From: Amphiscolops sp. MND2022
Taxonomy: Eukaryota
Length of the DNA: 64,000 nt
NCBI GenBank assembly: GCA_964187785.1
Contig: OZ076413.1
Coordinates: 47,866,001-47,930,000, forward strand
Reading direction: 5' to 3'
In this document: positions 13,401-26,739 of the stretch, piece after piece
Layout of the letters: every line of letters begins with the position of its first letter
Numbering within the stretch: the first letter of the stretch is position 1
Made by a program: the position numbers and the translations under genes
Notes under the pieces: generated by a model
Told to the model about the DNA's origin: nothing
The model's database searches: none
Seen by the model: only the letters and a program-made list of their open reading frames with translations

Positions 13401-13700
13401 GTACATACAAACGTGATTCTCGGTCTTACCGTTCTCGTTATAGATCTTCATACAGATCCTCATATCGACAAAACTCTCGTCCTAGATACAGATCACGCTC
13501 CTATTCTAGAGACAACAAATTCACAAAGTATACAAATTCATATAGACCACCTTCAAGACCAAGAGATTCTAGATTTTCTAGATCTCGCTCACACTCCAAT
13601 TCCAGAAATAAAATTAATACGATACAACAACAAGACCAATCTGACCCTATAAAATTTGAAGTACACATGTATCACCCAACAGCAATGGCAATTGCTGTCA
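10493..13700 (+). pseudogene. gag: gag region of element A (frameshifts and stops): unknown N-terminal domain, P/T/Q/S-rich linker, capsid-like domain, CCHC knuckle, RS-rich tract
   Basis: IKPFDG...EEYLQHIE...FIQCSLTGTALSWY (retrotransposon capsid-like); CSYCHRTNHSISAC (CX2CX4HX4C); RSRSYSR repeats. Confidence 0.8.
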
Positions 13701-16700
13701 CACCTACAAGTTGGTTTTACACACTATATGTACATACACCATCAAGTATAGTACAAAGAGACAACCCATCTAGATTGGAAATTGCATTCCTTCTAGATAG
13801 CGGTGCTTCCATTTCTATATTAAACTACCCAACATACATAACTCTTACAAAACTTCTAGATATCAGATCAAATCACTCCTCTGATGTTGGACCAACTCGA
13901 AATTCCAAAACATTAACAGTTGCAAACCAAACTGAAGTTCTTATTTTACATTATGCAAATATAATTTTGAACACCACTATTGACGAAGACTCTCGTTACT
14001 TTTCAGTACCTTTCGCAGTAGCTGATATTAAATACAACATCCTTGGCACACCATTCTTTGAAGACAACATACAAAACATAAACATACAAGACTTTACACT
14101 CGAATTTAAATACCAATCAAAAACACACCCAAATTATGCAAAGTTCACAACACTCCTATCCAAAGATTAGCCATAATTCTCTTACATTTATAGAATTAAT
14201 TCAAAAACCCAAATACGTCTAAAACCCAAGTCTTCAAAAATTGCACACTTTCCAATAAAAAATTATCATAACCTCCATTTTACAACTACACCACAAAACC
14301 ACTTCTTTCCTTCAGTACCTCATACCTATTTTGCTACCAAATTGCGTACAAATTTCAATTTTATTGAAGTATTTACAGATGACAAACCAGACATTTGTGC
14401 AACTATTATTCAGAACACCTCAAAACATGTCGCAACACTACCTACAGGACATATTGGAGACATTGAAGTTCCAATTACTAATGAAAAACCTAAATTCTTC
14501 CAGGTTAACGACATCAATACTTTGATACATAATGTTACCTAAACGTACCATCCTGAAATTACTGAACCACTTCCACAAACCAACTATATTGTACAATATG
14601 ATATTCCCTTCTCTACCATACACTTCTGAAAATCTGAAAATTATTAATAAAATTAACTTCCACTTTTCAGACCTCACCGACACCGAATACATTACTCTTT
14701 GCAATATGTTACTCAAGTATAAAACATGTTATGCAACTCATAAAAACGATGTTGGAAAAATTTCAACACCCTTTCGTATTAGACTTAAACCAAATGCTCA
14801 ACTTATGACACAACGTCCTTCCAAAGTCCCTATTCACTACCGATACAAACTTAACGTACTTCTTGAAGAACTCGAAAAATATAACATTATCAAACAAATT
14901 GGTTCCTCCCTCCAAGACAAACCCGTTTATGGCACAACTTATTTAAACCCTCTCATTATAATCCCCAAGGGAGATAATATAAAATGTGTATTAGACGCTC
15001 GACACCTTAATTCCAATACAGAACAATCTGATGAATTTTGGCCTATTGAACCTCTTGCTCCACAATTAGCACGCGCAAACAAATCTGCTATTGACCTTAT
15101 GTATGCCTATGTACATACACCTCTTGATGAAGACACTATAAAACTTACTAGTTTCTCCTCCGGAGATAAACTCTTCGCTTTCATCCGAGGTTTTTACGGT
15201 CTCAAAGGACTCCCAAACTTCTTTACAAAACAAATGTCTACCTTCTTTAAAACTCTCATAGAACAAGAATTCGCTCTTGTCTACATTGACGATATATTAC
15301 TTTTATCTGACTCTAAAGAACACATGTTCCAACACATAGAACAACTACACATTATTATACGAAAAACAATCTTAAACTAGCCCCTGAAAAATCGTTTTTC
15401 ATGCTTCTTAAAGTCAAATTTCTTGGACATGAAATTGGTTACAATACAATTAAACCAATCCATTCAAAAATTGCAGCTTTCCATAAAATCCCTTCTCCAA
15501 CTGGCAAAGTTGCCCTAATGAGTTTCATTGGCGCACTCAATGTTTACACCAAATTTATTGAAAAATTACATATTAACCTCAAACCATTTTACGATCTTTT
15601 ACATGAGAACACTCCCTGGAAATGGACAGACGAACACGAAAGTCTTTTCCAAAAACTTAAAATGTCCCTCACTTCTGACACAGAAGTTACAATACCAAAT
15701 ACAAAACATCCATTTTTCATTACAGTTGACGCTTCTCTTATTGGATTAGGCGCTGTCTTATTCCAGTTAAATGAACAAAACAAAATGAAAGTCATATCGT
15801 ACAACTCTCGTATACTTAATCCACAAGAACAAAAACTCTCCACACTCGATAAAGAACTTCTTGGTATAGTACACGCACTTCAAATCTATGAATTTCTTAT
15901 CATAGGTTCTCCTCATCTTATACACATTCTTACTGATCACAAACCTTTATTACACTGTTTTACAAAGAAAGGTAATCTCAGTCCTCGTTTCTACAGAGCT
16001 CAAATGCAATTGACAAAATTCTCAAAACTCAAAATAATTCACACTCCTGGAAAAAATCTCTCTGTTGCCGATATGTTGAGTCGCTCTTTCACAAAAGCTG
16101 AATTACAACTCAACCAATTAAAACATAAACAACTTCCACCACAAATTGATTTTGCACTCCTACAAGATAACATTCTTAAACCAGTTCATTACTTAATTAA
16201 ACATGAAGAAATTTTACCTCATCAAAAACATGACTCTCACCCAATTCTCGCTGGTTATGGTACAGATCAATTCTCTATTCGTATCAATGATAAAGGAAAT
16301 GACATTGTTGTCAAACCGCTACAATCCTTCTCATTCAAATCTATAACGCCTTTTCAAACCAAGTTCAAGACACCTATTAAAAAGAACAATAAAACCCTTC
16401 ATCAACAATCTCTCTTACTTAATGATACTGACGTTATAAGCGATGACGAAGATCATATATATACCAGAATTCCAATATCTGACTCTTCCTCCCTACATGA
16501 CACAACATTACAAACAGAAAACTATTCTACTCTTAATCAATTAACTCACACTACCACACTAAAATCTGTTTCTGCAATAAACATACAACCAAATTTACCA
16601 TCTCTCACACACTGTCAACAAATTATACCTTTCTATGATACATCATTTTTCAAGTATGAAAACTACTTTCAAGGTTTCTTCCTCCCAGATGATTACTCAT

Positions 16701-18570
16701 TAGACATAAAAACTCTTCAACAACAACAATCCCAAGATCCGATTCTTAGAACTGTTTATTCTTGGTTATTAAACAATGAAAAACCTGATTTTGTAACACC
16801 TCTTATCACTGGTACTCCATTTTTACATGTATATTACAAAAGATTTTCACAACTTTTTATTGACAAATCCACAAACCTTATTAGCCTGAATATTACAAAC
16901 CCTACTGTTATAAACCAATCTTCTACTCCAAATTTTGTACAAGACACTATTCGCATATGTTTTCCTTTTCGAACACTTTAACAAACTCCATGAACACTCT
17001 CACACTGGTATGAAAATCACATACAATACATTCAAACAATATTACTACATTCCATTCCTTGAAAAATGGCTTTCCATTTTCATACATGACTGTATTGAAT
17101 GTCAACGTAACAAACACTTCAATATGAAAATTCAAATTGCTCCTACACAATCATTTTCAGAACATGCTCCATCTTTCATCTATCGCATTTCAATGGACAC
17201 TAAAGGACCTAATAATCCTCCTTCTCACAACAAATCCTATATACATGTCATAATTGATGCTTTTAGTCACTTTGTTGTTACAGTACCCATCAAATCAAAC
17301 AACGCAAAGACTGCTATCAAAACTCTCCTACACCATTGGATTATTAAATTTGGACCACCTATATATCTTGTCACTGATCGTGGATCAGAATATGTTAAGA
17401 AAGAAGTTGCACACCTTTGTACACTTATGGGAATTCGTCATTCTCCTAGAACAGCTTACTCTCCTTGGACAAATGGCCTTGTCGAAGTACAAAACAGAAA
17501 TCTTGGTACCCACCTACGAATGTTCTTACATGACACACCTAAAGATTGGGCATTCCAAGTCCATATGTACGCTTATGCACATAATTCACAACCACTTTCA
17601 GAACTCAATATTTCTCCTCATGAAATTGTTTTTCACACCAGACCCAGAATACCCCTTACGTTTAATTTAAACCTTAACAGAGAAACCTCTAAAACATGTA
17701 TTTCACGATATTGCTCTCAACTTCCAGAACACTCTCATTTTGATAAATCGGTACTTAACCCATTTTTCTAAAAAACACTTTCAAAACCCATTCCACAATA
17801 ATTTCTCGCCGTAGAAACTGCTATGTTACAAATTTATTCCACAGTATACGAAAATACTCTACGAAAAATCAATACATCACGCATACATTACAAAAACATA
17901 CCACGAAGGTAAACCCCTTCCTATTGGCACCTTTGTTTTAAAACGCAATTACGTACACGTACACTTTTCTGACAAACTAAAACCCCTTCGGATTGGACCA
18001 TACAAAATTCTTGATAGATTATCAGATGTTACATTTGAACTACTTGCACAAGATGGCTCTACAGTACATGTTCATAGAAATCATTTAATTCCATATTATC
18101 CAAAAGAACCACTCTTATATCCACATCTGCGTAGTTTCATGCGCTTTTCAGACACAACTCAATTCCAAATTCCACAACCTACCAAATATGCCAATAGTGT
18201 TTCCTCCCCTTTTAACTCAGACGAATCCTTATCTGACGAAGATTCTCAAACATTAATGACACCATCCACAACAAATAATTCTTCTCAAACATTTGTGACA
18301 CCATCATCATTTAGAACGTCCAATCAAAGTACACCATCTACAACTTCCAATGACAAGTCTTTACCTTCCTCAACCAATGACAACTCCTTATATAAACACA
18401 TAATTAACACCCCTCACACTAATATCTCTAGTGACAGATCAAGACACCCTTCTAATAACCGCACAACCTCACTTCCTCCTCTAATTGACAGAACTACTAA
18501 ATTTACTTATAAACTACGACAACAACCCAAATTAGATTATAGGCTTTTTATTACACCTTCAAAACTGTAA
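13701..18570 (+). pseudogene. pol: pol region of element A: protease, RT, RNase H, integrase (multiple frameshifts/stops)
   Basis: LLDSGASISIL; LVYIDDILL; TVDASLIGLGAVL...TDHKPL; H-x-H...CIECQ zinc motif; MDTKGP...IDAFS...TDRGSEY...NGLVE; GPYKI. Confidence 0.95.
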
Positions 18571-19879
18571 TCCCATCATTCTACCCGCTGGCTCACTCGA
18601 AACTAGTCACTACAGCTGAAAGAAAGATAACCAATAACAAGTTATCTCAAAGATAACCTGTTGAAAACATTTCAAGAATCCTGGATTCTTCCTCCGATAT
18701 ATCTCCATCATTCCTTCTACTCCCAAATCTTCGGTATCAAACACTACAAACTCTAGTAATGTAACTCTTACTACTCCTTCTAAAAGACCAAGTTCATACG
18801 TTTCTGAAACAACATCGTCATCACTCCTTCATAGACCACCTATAACTGAAATACCTATAAACACTCATACTCAACAAACCCCTATTAACACTCCTATTGT
18901 ACACATACCAAACCCTGAAAGTGTTGAACAATACGTAAATTACAAACATCCTACAGCTATCAAAACTGTTAGACTACAACCTCAACTTAATCTTGTACAT
19001 ATCAATGATACTGAATACACAAAAATACCTTCACTAAAACTACCATCAGAGCATAGTACTACTTCTTCAAAACTCTATCCACCATTAAAACCTATTCGAA
19101 AACCTTCTACATCACTATCAAATCTTTTAGACAATACATCAGAATACACTCCATCACAAGATACAACAGGATCACTTTTTGTACCACACCATAGATATAA
19201 CCTTCGAGATCTTCCCTCACGAAGACTCAGTACAGACACTTCTACACTTAACCTATCTGCTCTCTCTAGTAACTCTACTCTAAGACTTCTACGACAACAC
19301 GAACAACTGTTGTCTTCTGAAAAAAATTCTTTCGACTTTATACCTTCTCCATATTTTACATCTGGTTTTGACACCGCTTCTTTACTTTCATCAGACGGTC
19401 AAACTGCATTCCTTTCCGGAAATGTTTTTTTCAGAAGTTATAATACCTACTCCTGTTCCTGCACATATTAGAATACCTGAATATTATACTGCAGATCAAT
19501 CTACACCTCCAACTCCAAATTTTGCTGACTATCCACTTAGAGTCGATGGTATAACCATCTACGACCCACAGCACGATCCTAGATTTCCTATCCTTGCAGA
19601 ACGTTTTATTACAAACAACGATCTCTTATCTCACAAACGAAAAGAAACAGAACTAAAACGCCTCCAAACACCGAATCTAGAACTCAAATTTGAAGTCAAA
19701 GTCAAATTTCAAGGTTTAAATCCACACCCAATATTTCACGTTTCAAAGATAGAACATAAAACTTCTCCTGCTCCTTTTGAAGTAATACACATTGATTTTG
19801 AACGAGACCTCAGTATACCTACTATCACATATGGCAAAATCATATTCTGTAACCCATACTCAGGTCTTAAATACACTAC

Positions 19880-22550
19880 CTCTTTTTGAACTCCTTACAA
19901 CCTCATATATAACAATTCTGATACTCTATTCACACTTATTTCACTTCACCTTTTCAATACCCATAACACCCTCTGATACAGAAAACTATCTTCCATCGGA
20001 TGATCCGAATATTACAAACCTTATGGTTTCCCATTATGACTGTGCAAAACAAAACACAATTTACGACAATTTAACTTACTTAATGTAAAATAATGCACTG
20101 AAGCTCCTTCTGACATTAAACACGCAAGTGTTAAAGCCCGTGTATATGTCCGAGCAAAAGCTAAACGCATCAAAGCTTTTAAATGTGTTGCTTATGCAAA
20201 GAAAGAAAGGAAAATATGCTTTCAAGGTTCCGTAAAATACCGTCGTGTTGATAGAACCGTATGGAATCATAATACATTACCGCTCCCTGTTACTCTTGAT
20301 CCAGTAGAATGTAAAAACATTATAAGACATCTAAATGGTACAAATGATAAAATACTGAACAACCTTCACTACGATAAAACTTTTACCTTCTTAGAAGACC
20401 ATTATTTTCAAGAACGTTTAGAACAATATCAAACTCCTTTCACTGTATATCAACTGAACAAAATGTATACAGGTACATTTACATTTATGCCTGCTGATAA
20501 GAACTGGATATATGACCCTACTCAAAACCCTTATCATAACTGTCCTGCTCATCACCAATTCGAAGTCAACCTAGTTAGTTGGCGACTAAAAATTTCTGAA
20601 GTAGAACTTACGTATGATGACACATCTAATGACATGATAATCGATGGATATACATTACCCTGCTATTTTGCAGATGGTTTTTGTAAACCCACAACAAAAA
20701 CCCTTTTTACTCTCGTTTGGTTCAATGATGATTATTGTGTAATTTTCACATTACAAGACTTTATTGGACGTATGACTAAAACTGAAGATAGATACTGGAT
20801 TGAAACAGACTCTTTTATACATTCTCTACATTCAATAAAACCTAAAACAACTTCTGGTATTAAGGTACAGAACATCCTTATGTTTATGCTCCTCATACAC
20901 AACATCCAAACAGCCCAAGTCTTTCAAGATTTGAAGTTTTTCTTACAGCACAAACCTTTTGTGGTAAACCAGACCCTCTCTATTCTACACAATACTCAGA
21001 CCTTTTTGTTACTTACACTGATGGTTTCAATATGCATACAGGACAACCCAATCCTCATTCCATGATTGATGAATATATTTCTGGTAAAATAGTATTGGAC
21101 ACTTCAAATAACAAATTTGTTTTTCCTGCATTAAATGTCTCAAACAATTTTGCTACATTTTGCTACCATTGATTATGACGCACATATAAACACCAAAATA
21201 GACTACACAATTAACCATGTTTTCAGATCAATGACAGTATAAGAACTAAATACTCTTCATACAATATGCGAATTAGAACGAAACCAACTCCTTACGATAC
21301 TCGCAATGTCGGTACAAAATCTTCAACTTGCTGGTTTTCTTTTAACTGGTAATAGAAGTAATTTCTTATACAATGAAGGCTCAACCGCCTGGCTTTATGA
21401 CTGTCCTCATTTTTTATCTCCTTTATACAAAGCAGATAAATGCTTTGACCGTATACCTGTACATTTCAAAGATAACTTAATGTACGTTGACCCAATTACA
21501 AGACAAACCTATGACTATGCTACACCAATTACCTGTGACAATAACCCACGTAACATTATTGAAATAGATCCTGATTCAGACGTTCAAGACTTTTACATTC
21601 TTGGACCTGAACCTATTAAACGCAAACCTCCACTAATGTTTACACCCTCACAAATCAAAACTACGATACGTCCTAATACTTTTACAGCCCAAGATGCTGG
21701 TATATATTCTAATGCAGAACTTGATCAATTTTGGAACCGTATTTTATTTTCTAAACATTCTGACTCTACACTCCAATTACTAGGCAAAGCTCTTAGTTAT
21801 TCTTTCATTTCATCTAATACTCCAAATTATGATGCAGATTCCCCTCAAGATTCTGGTAATCCTTATAATACATTACGTATAGGACTCCATGATAAACTCT
21901 TGAGTTTAACTCCTCTTTTTACACCTACATGGTTTTCAGATGCTTTTATTGCACTTTTTGGATACCCTTGTTACTTTCTCACACAATGTGGTATATACTT
22001 TTCTACATTTCTTTTTGTACAAGCTACTCTTACACTCATTGTCAAACTTTACAAAACAATATCCATTAAATATAATCTGAAAAATAATATTACCTTATTT
22101 AGTTCAATAGCACATGGTTTTTTTAATGTTCTTACAGCACGAATGGTCAATGACCTCAATGAGTCTCAAAACAAAAAACCCAAAAGTACACTTTTAAAAT
22201 CCAAATCCTTAGATAATTTTATTGACACTTCTCCAAATCTAATTAACCATTCTACAGATGTTACTTCCCCTCCACCTTTCTATACTAAACGTCCTAACAA
22301 AATTCAATTTCCTAAATTTAACTTGTTTCCGAAACGACACCACAATTCCCACCACAAAACAGCTCCACTTCCTTTCTCTCCTGTTCAACATCCTCCACTT
22401 CCTAATTATACTCATAAAAACTTTCACCTGAATGACAATCTAACTACTCCACATGACACTTTAATTAACAATCCTGTCACTTCTACTACGGATACACCAA
22501 TTAAAATCTATTCACGGATAAACTATCCTTTTCCTCCTCCATCTTCTTGA
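19880..22550 (+). pseudogene. env: env-like membrane fusion glycoprotein, chuvirus-G/class III-like, frameshifted
   Basis: Hydrophobic signal-like segment, then SHYDC; Cys-rich ectodomain across frames (KAFKCV, LDPVECK, LPCYFADGFC, ICELER); CFDRIPV...MYVDPITR...ITC; C-terminal hydrophobic segment and Pro-rich tail. Confidence 0.75.
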
Positions 22551-22815
22551 ACACTCTCTCAGTTTTTCTGTAACTCACCTTCAGCACACTTGCCTACTAT
22601 CTCTTCACAATTGCTACTCCTCCACCGCTCGAAACCCTTGCAGAAGTTCATCTTCCTCAACCCAATAACACATCTCTAATAATAACCGTCTTCAAAAACT
22701 CTTCAACTAAAGTTAATAAATCCACTCGTTAGTGTAATTTATAGTACTTTCACTTTAAAGTGATAAGGCCTCTTGGAATAGATACCACTGTGATTGTTGA
22801 TGTTTTTAAAACACA

Positions 22816-24181
22816 ATGACACAAGCACAAATTGACCTACAAACACATCTTGAACAAGCAACCCCTACAGATCTTATAACTAGACCTCTTTCAAATGATT
22901 CTCCTGTTCTCTGTTCTCTATATTGAGACTTCTGAACAAACACCTCCAACTTTTCTTGAACAAATGGAACACACAAAAGTTGAACACGAAAACTCAAAAC
23001 CTACTCCTTCACAAGATGATACTGATCATACACAACCAACACCACCTCCTCCAAAAAAACGATATGAAATTATGAAAGATCCAATCTTCCTTTCGTCACC
23101 AATATATCCTCCTTCAAAACCTTCAAAAATTTCACTTTGCACGAATCGCGATGATCATTTGATCCCACTTCTTTCTACTGACGATTTCGTCTTTAAAGCA
23201 CAACTAACTTCTCTATATATGCATCCTACTGACTATTCATTTCGCTTATATGACACAAATCAAGACTTCTTCACATCAATTGCCTCCAAAATAATGGGTC
23301 CATACCAATATTGGCTCGATAATGGAGTTAAAATCTCCTCCCTTCAATTAAATTTTCTTCGACCATCTATCTATGATCTCAAAACAGATGAATCTGACCC
23401 ATCTTTCCTCTCTATTTCACAAAAAGCTACTCATCATCAAACGTATACTAAATTTCTACAATACACGAAACCACAAAATCACATTTTTGTCAACTACAAA
23501 TATACATCGCCGTTCACAATGACAAATATGTACACTCTTGACCACTCTTGTATAACAGGCTACCTTCGAAACTACGACCCTATAAAACAATACTTCTGTT
23601 TGCTTCCATATAACAATACTTCACGTCCACTTATTGCACCTCAAGAAGATCTCATACATTACGATGACTTTTTGTTGCCTTGCAACATTCCTACTCAAAT
23701 TGTCAAACCTCTCACTGTCATTAAACACCTAGTATCTTCTCCACTTGACGATAAAGACAGAACTTACTATACAGCACTTTACAAACAAACCTATTCCTAC
23801 AATGAACTTCTCTTCATTTCTGCTAAAACTATTTCTTTCATGGTACAAGCTGAACAAAAAACTGAACATAAATCACACGCTTCACCTATACCAAACGCTC
23901 CTGACAAGTTTTCCTCTGTATTGAATAACCGAACACTTCGTGACATGACAAATTTACTTGAACCCTATAAACGAAACTCTTCTGAAACACCTATCACAAC
24001 ACTCACACATATACTACACTGCTACGACAGAACACACAAACTCCTTCAGACACTCGATCTAGACTCTCAACGCATCACTCAATCATCCCAAGCAATTCAA
24101 TCTGCTTTGGAAACTATAACTACTCTTTCTAACTCAACTAATCTTCATTTAACTCTTCTACAGGTAATACAAAGTTCTTAA
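22816..24181 (+). pseudogene. Accessory ORF of element A, unknown function (~450 aa, one frameshift near the start)
   Basis: ATG at 22816 (MTQAQIDL) shifts into the 428-aa open frame; PPPPKKR motif; heptad-like C-terminus; lies inside the LTRs. Confidence 0.65.
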
Positions 24182-24559
24182 TTTTTTCTTCTCTGGTACA
24201 TTCTATTATACATCTTTGGCACACTATCAAAGGTATTTTAATTTTTACCTACTTATTTAAAATAAAATCTTCCTTTTGAATGAAATCTCAGGACTATCTT
24301 TCAAGTACAAAATTCTTTCCTATAGTACATGTCAAAAGATAACTACTTCTATCAAAAAATTACAATACAAGACATACAAGACAGTATAGCACAAAACTAA
24401 ATTCTAGCACCCAATTTTGTTGTACATTTTTGACTTGATATTGTCATTCTTCTTACACTTCCTTTGTTTTAGAAACATCTATTCTTCTTCCTCCTTCATC
24501 CACATTCTTTCAGAACATTTCTACCTCTCTCTCTTCACGATCTTCCAACCCTCGTCATA

Positions 24560-25012
24560 ATGGCTCCATATGCTGAAACAGACGACATTATTACCATGAC
24601 CTCAGATTTCTCGAAAGTGCACAGCCTAAAAGCCGCCATATTCCACACCATGGCATTTAAACTCTCGCTCGAAACAAAACAAGAACAAAATTACTCCAAA
24701 ATGTCTCATTGCTTTCCTAAAGGTCCTCTACAATGTCACGCAAAAAAAGAAGAAAAAAATTACATTTGAGCAATACTCGCGCATTCACCTCGAAGGACCC
24801 AAAATTGCAATTTGCGAAACGGCATCCAATGTTGTTTTCGTATTAAATTCCTCCTTTACTTCAAAGGATCAATACTTTCGAACAGCTATTAAAGAAGCCA
24901 CTGACGCTTTTGATAATATGCTCAAAGATTTCGGGTACACTCAAAAACTAGAACTCTATGACCCGATCCAACGCCAGACTCATCCTCCATCGCAAAATTC
25001 TCTGTTTCAATA
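24560..25012 (+). pseudogene. Second small accessory ORF of element A (frameshifted)
   Basis: MAPYAETDD... continues in another frame as RIHLEGPKIAICETASNVVFVLNSSF...DFGYTQKLELYDPIQR. Confidence 0.4.
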
Positions 25013-26327
25013 ATCTCCAAAAAAAACTTCTACTCACTTCAAACAAAACTTCTACTTATTTCTAATTCACTCTTCAACTGCATTTCGCCTTCAATCCTTC
25101 ATCTTCCTTCGATGATGCAATGAAATGTGGTTGCTAATCACTCCTCTAAAGAACTTCTCCTACACATGCTGACATTCTTCACTTCACCCACACACGATGG
25201 TCAACATCATCCATCCACACTCTGGGTTCGTAGACGTTGCCAACATTTGTCTTCGTCACTGGTCTTCACACTGGTCGTCAATGTTCGTCGACTTCTTGAC
25301 TGGTTTTCACACTCCAATGTCCGCTGACTTCTTGACTGGTCTTCACACTCCAATGGACTATACTCCAAATTTCAAACATTGTAATCCAAAATTGAGTCAA
25401 TTTTCAAACTGAACTATACAGTCACGTTTAACAAATATAACTTGTAGCTTATAGTAACTTATTTTAATCCAATTATAACTTACAAAATTGTATCTTTAAT
25501 TATCTTTGTAACCACAAAATCTATCTTCCCAAATTATATCCCCATTGTCATGTGCATAATACATCTATTTAACAATTCTATAATCCACCTCTTTTACAGA
25601 ACACATGTCCTACCTACAGTACAAGAAATTTTCTAAGATTTTGAGACCAAAATTTTTTTTAAAAAAAAACATGTTCTACACCTTTGTTTTACTTCCTCAA
25701 AACATTCCCAAAAATTTTGAAAATTTTTCTTTTGTAACTCTTACAAACTGTCACTTCTCGTTTTCCAATGTTTGAAACTTGAAATTGCCAAAGTTTTCTT
25801 CAACTTTTGCTTCTGCTTGACTCTTCACTTTAGTTGAAAATAAACTCTCACTAGAACCTTGACTTTTCAAACCTTCTTCACTTTTGGTTCACATACCCGC
25901 CAATGTTAGTTCACAACTCATTGACAACTTCACGCTTTAATTCTTCAACTTGAAAAGTTTTCAATGCTGACTAACTCATGTTGATAAAAAGTTTTTTTCA
26001 AACAAGCCGATGGCCGATCCGAAAAAGAAACATGAAATAATAAATAGTTGTCAACAATAACTTCATAAAAACTGTCAGTCAAAGAAACTGAAAGAACTTG
26101 AACCTTGCTTGAACCTTTTTGCACCAATTGAATCGTCTATGACGTAAGAAGTCAAATCGTCTTAGGTTGTTCTCACTCCTTAAGTATGGAACTCTACAAA
26201 ACGAAACTCATGCAATTCCAGTACAACACATATGAAACAAACCCATGTATATAACAAAAAAAACCTTTTAGAACTCCTCAAACCCAAAGTGCTTATATGT
26301 AATTTTGATTTTAAATTCCCGGTTGAT

Positions 26328-26739
26328 TGTGATGCCATGATGCATGTCCTCAAAGATTCTATAAATCTGAAATACTCTGAACTCTTAACCAAAGTAATTA
26401 GTAAATGTAATCTAATTTGGAAGCTAATTATTCTAGAAGAAACTTCATTTAATATATCCTGTACCAAGCTTCCCCGATTCATCCTGTTGCTGTCACATTG
26501 TTAATTGATGAAACCTACCCTAGTTGATAGAAAATATCTACTCGGAGAAATTGAGAATTCATCCTAACGATCGGTCTTTTTCAAGTACTTCAAGAACTGA
26601 GATCTCAGAAATAGATTGTACTCAGAACAAGCTAGCTACAAGGTATAAGATAAGACGACTCTGCTGTTAAAATCTTAGACTTCTTATGTCAGTACTAAAA
26701 CATCTAAAAGAAACTACCACACAACTTTCTAACAGCTCA
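26328..26739 (+). repeat. 3' LTR of element A
   Basis: Direct repeat of 8946-9357, followed by the GTGG TSD. Confidence 0.95.

Larger units (their letters stand above)
8946..26739 (+). mobile_element. Element A: 17.8-kb env-carrying Gypsy (Metaviridae) LTR retrotransposon, decayed
   Basis: TG...CA LTRs at 8946-9357 and 26328-26739; GTGG TSD at 8942-8945 and 26740-26743; domain order gag-PR-RT-RH-IN, then env-like and extra ORFs. Confidence 0.95.
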
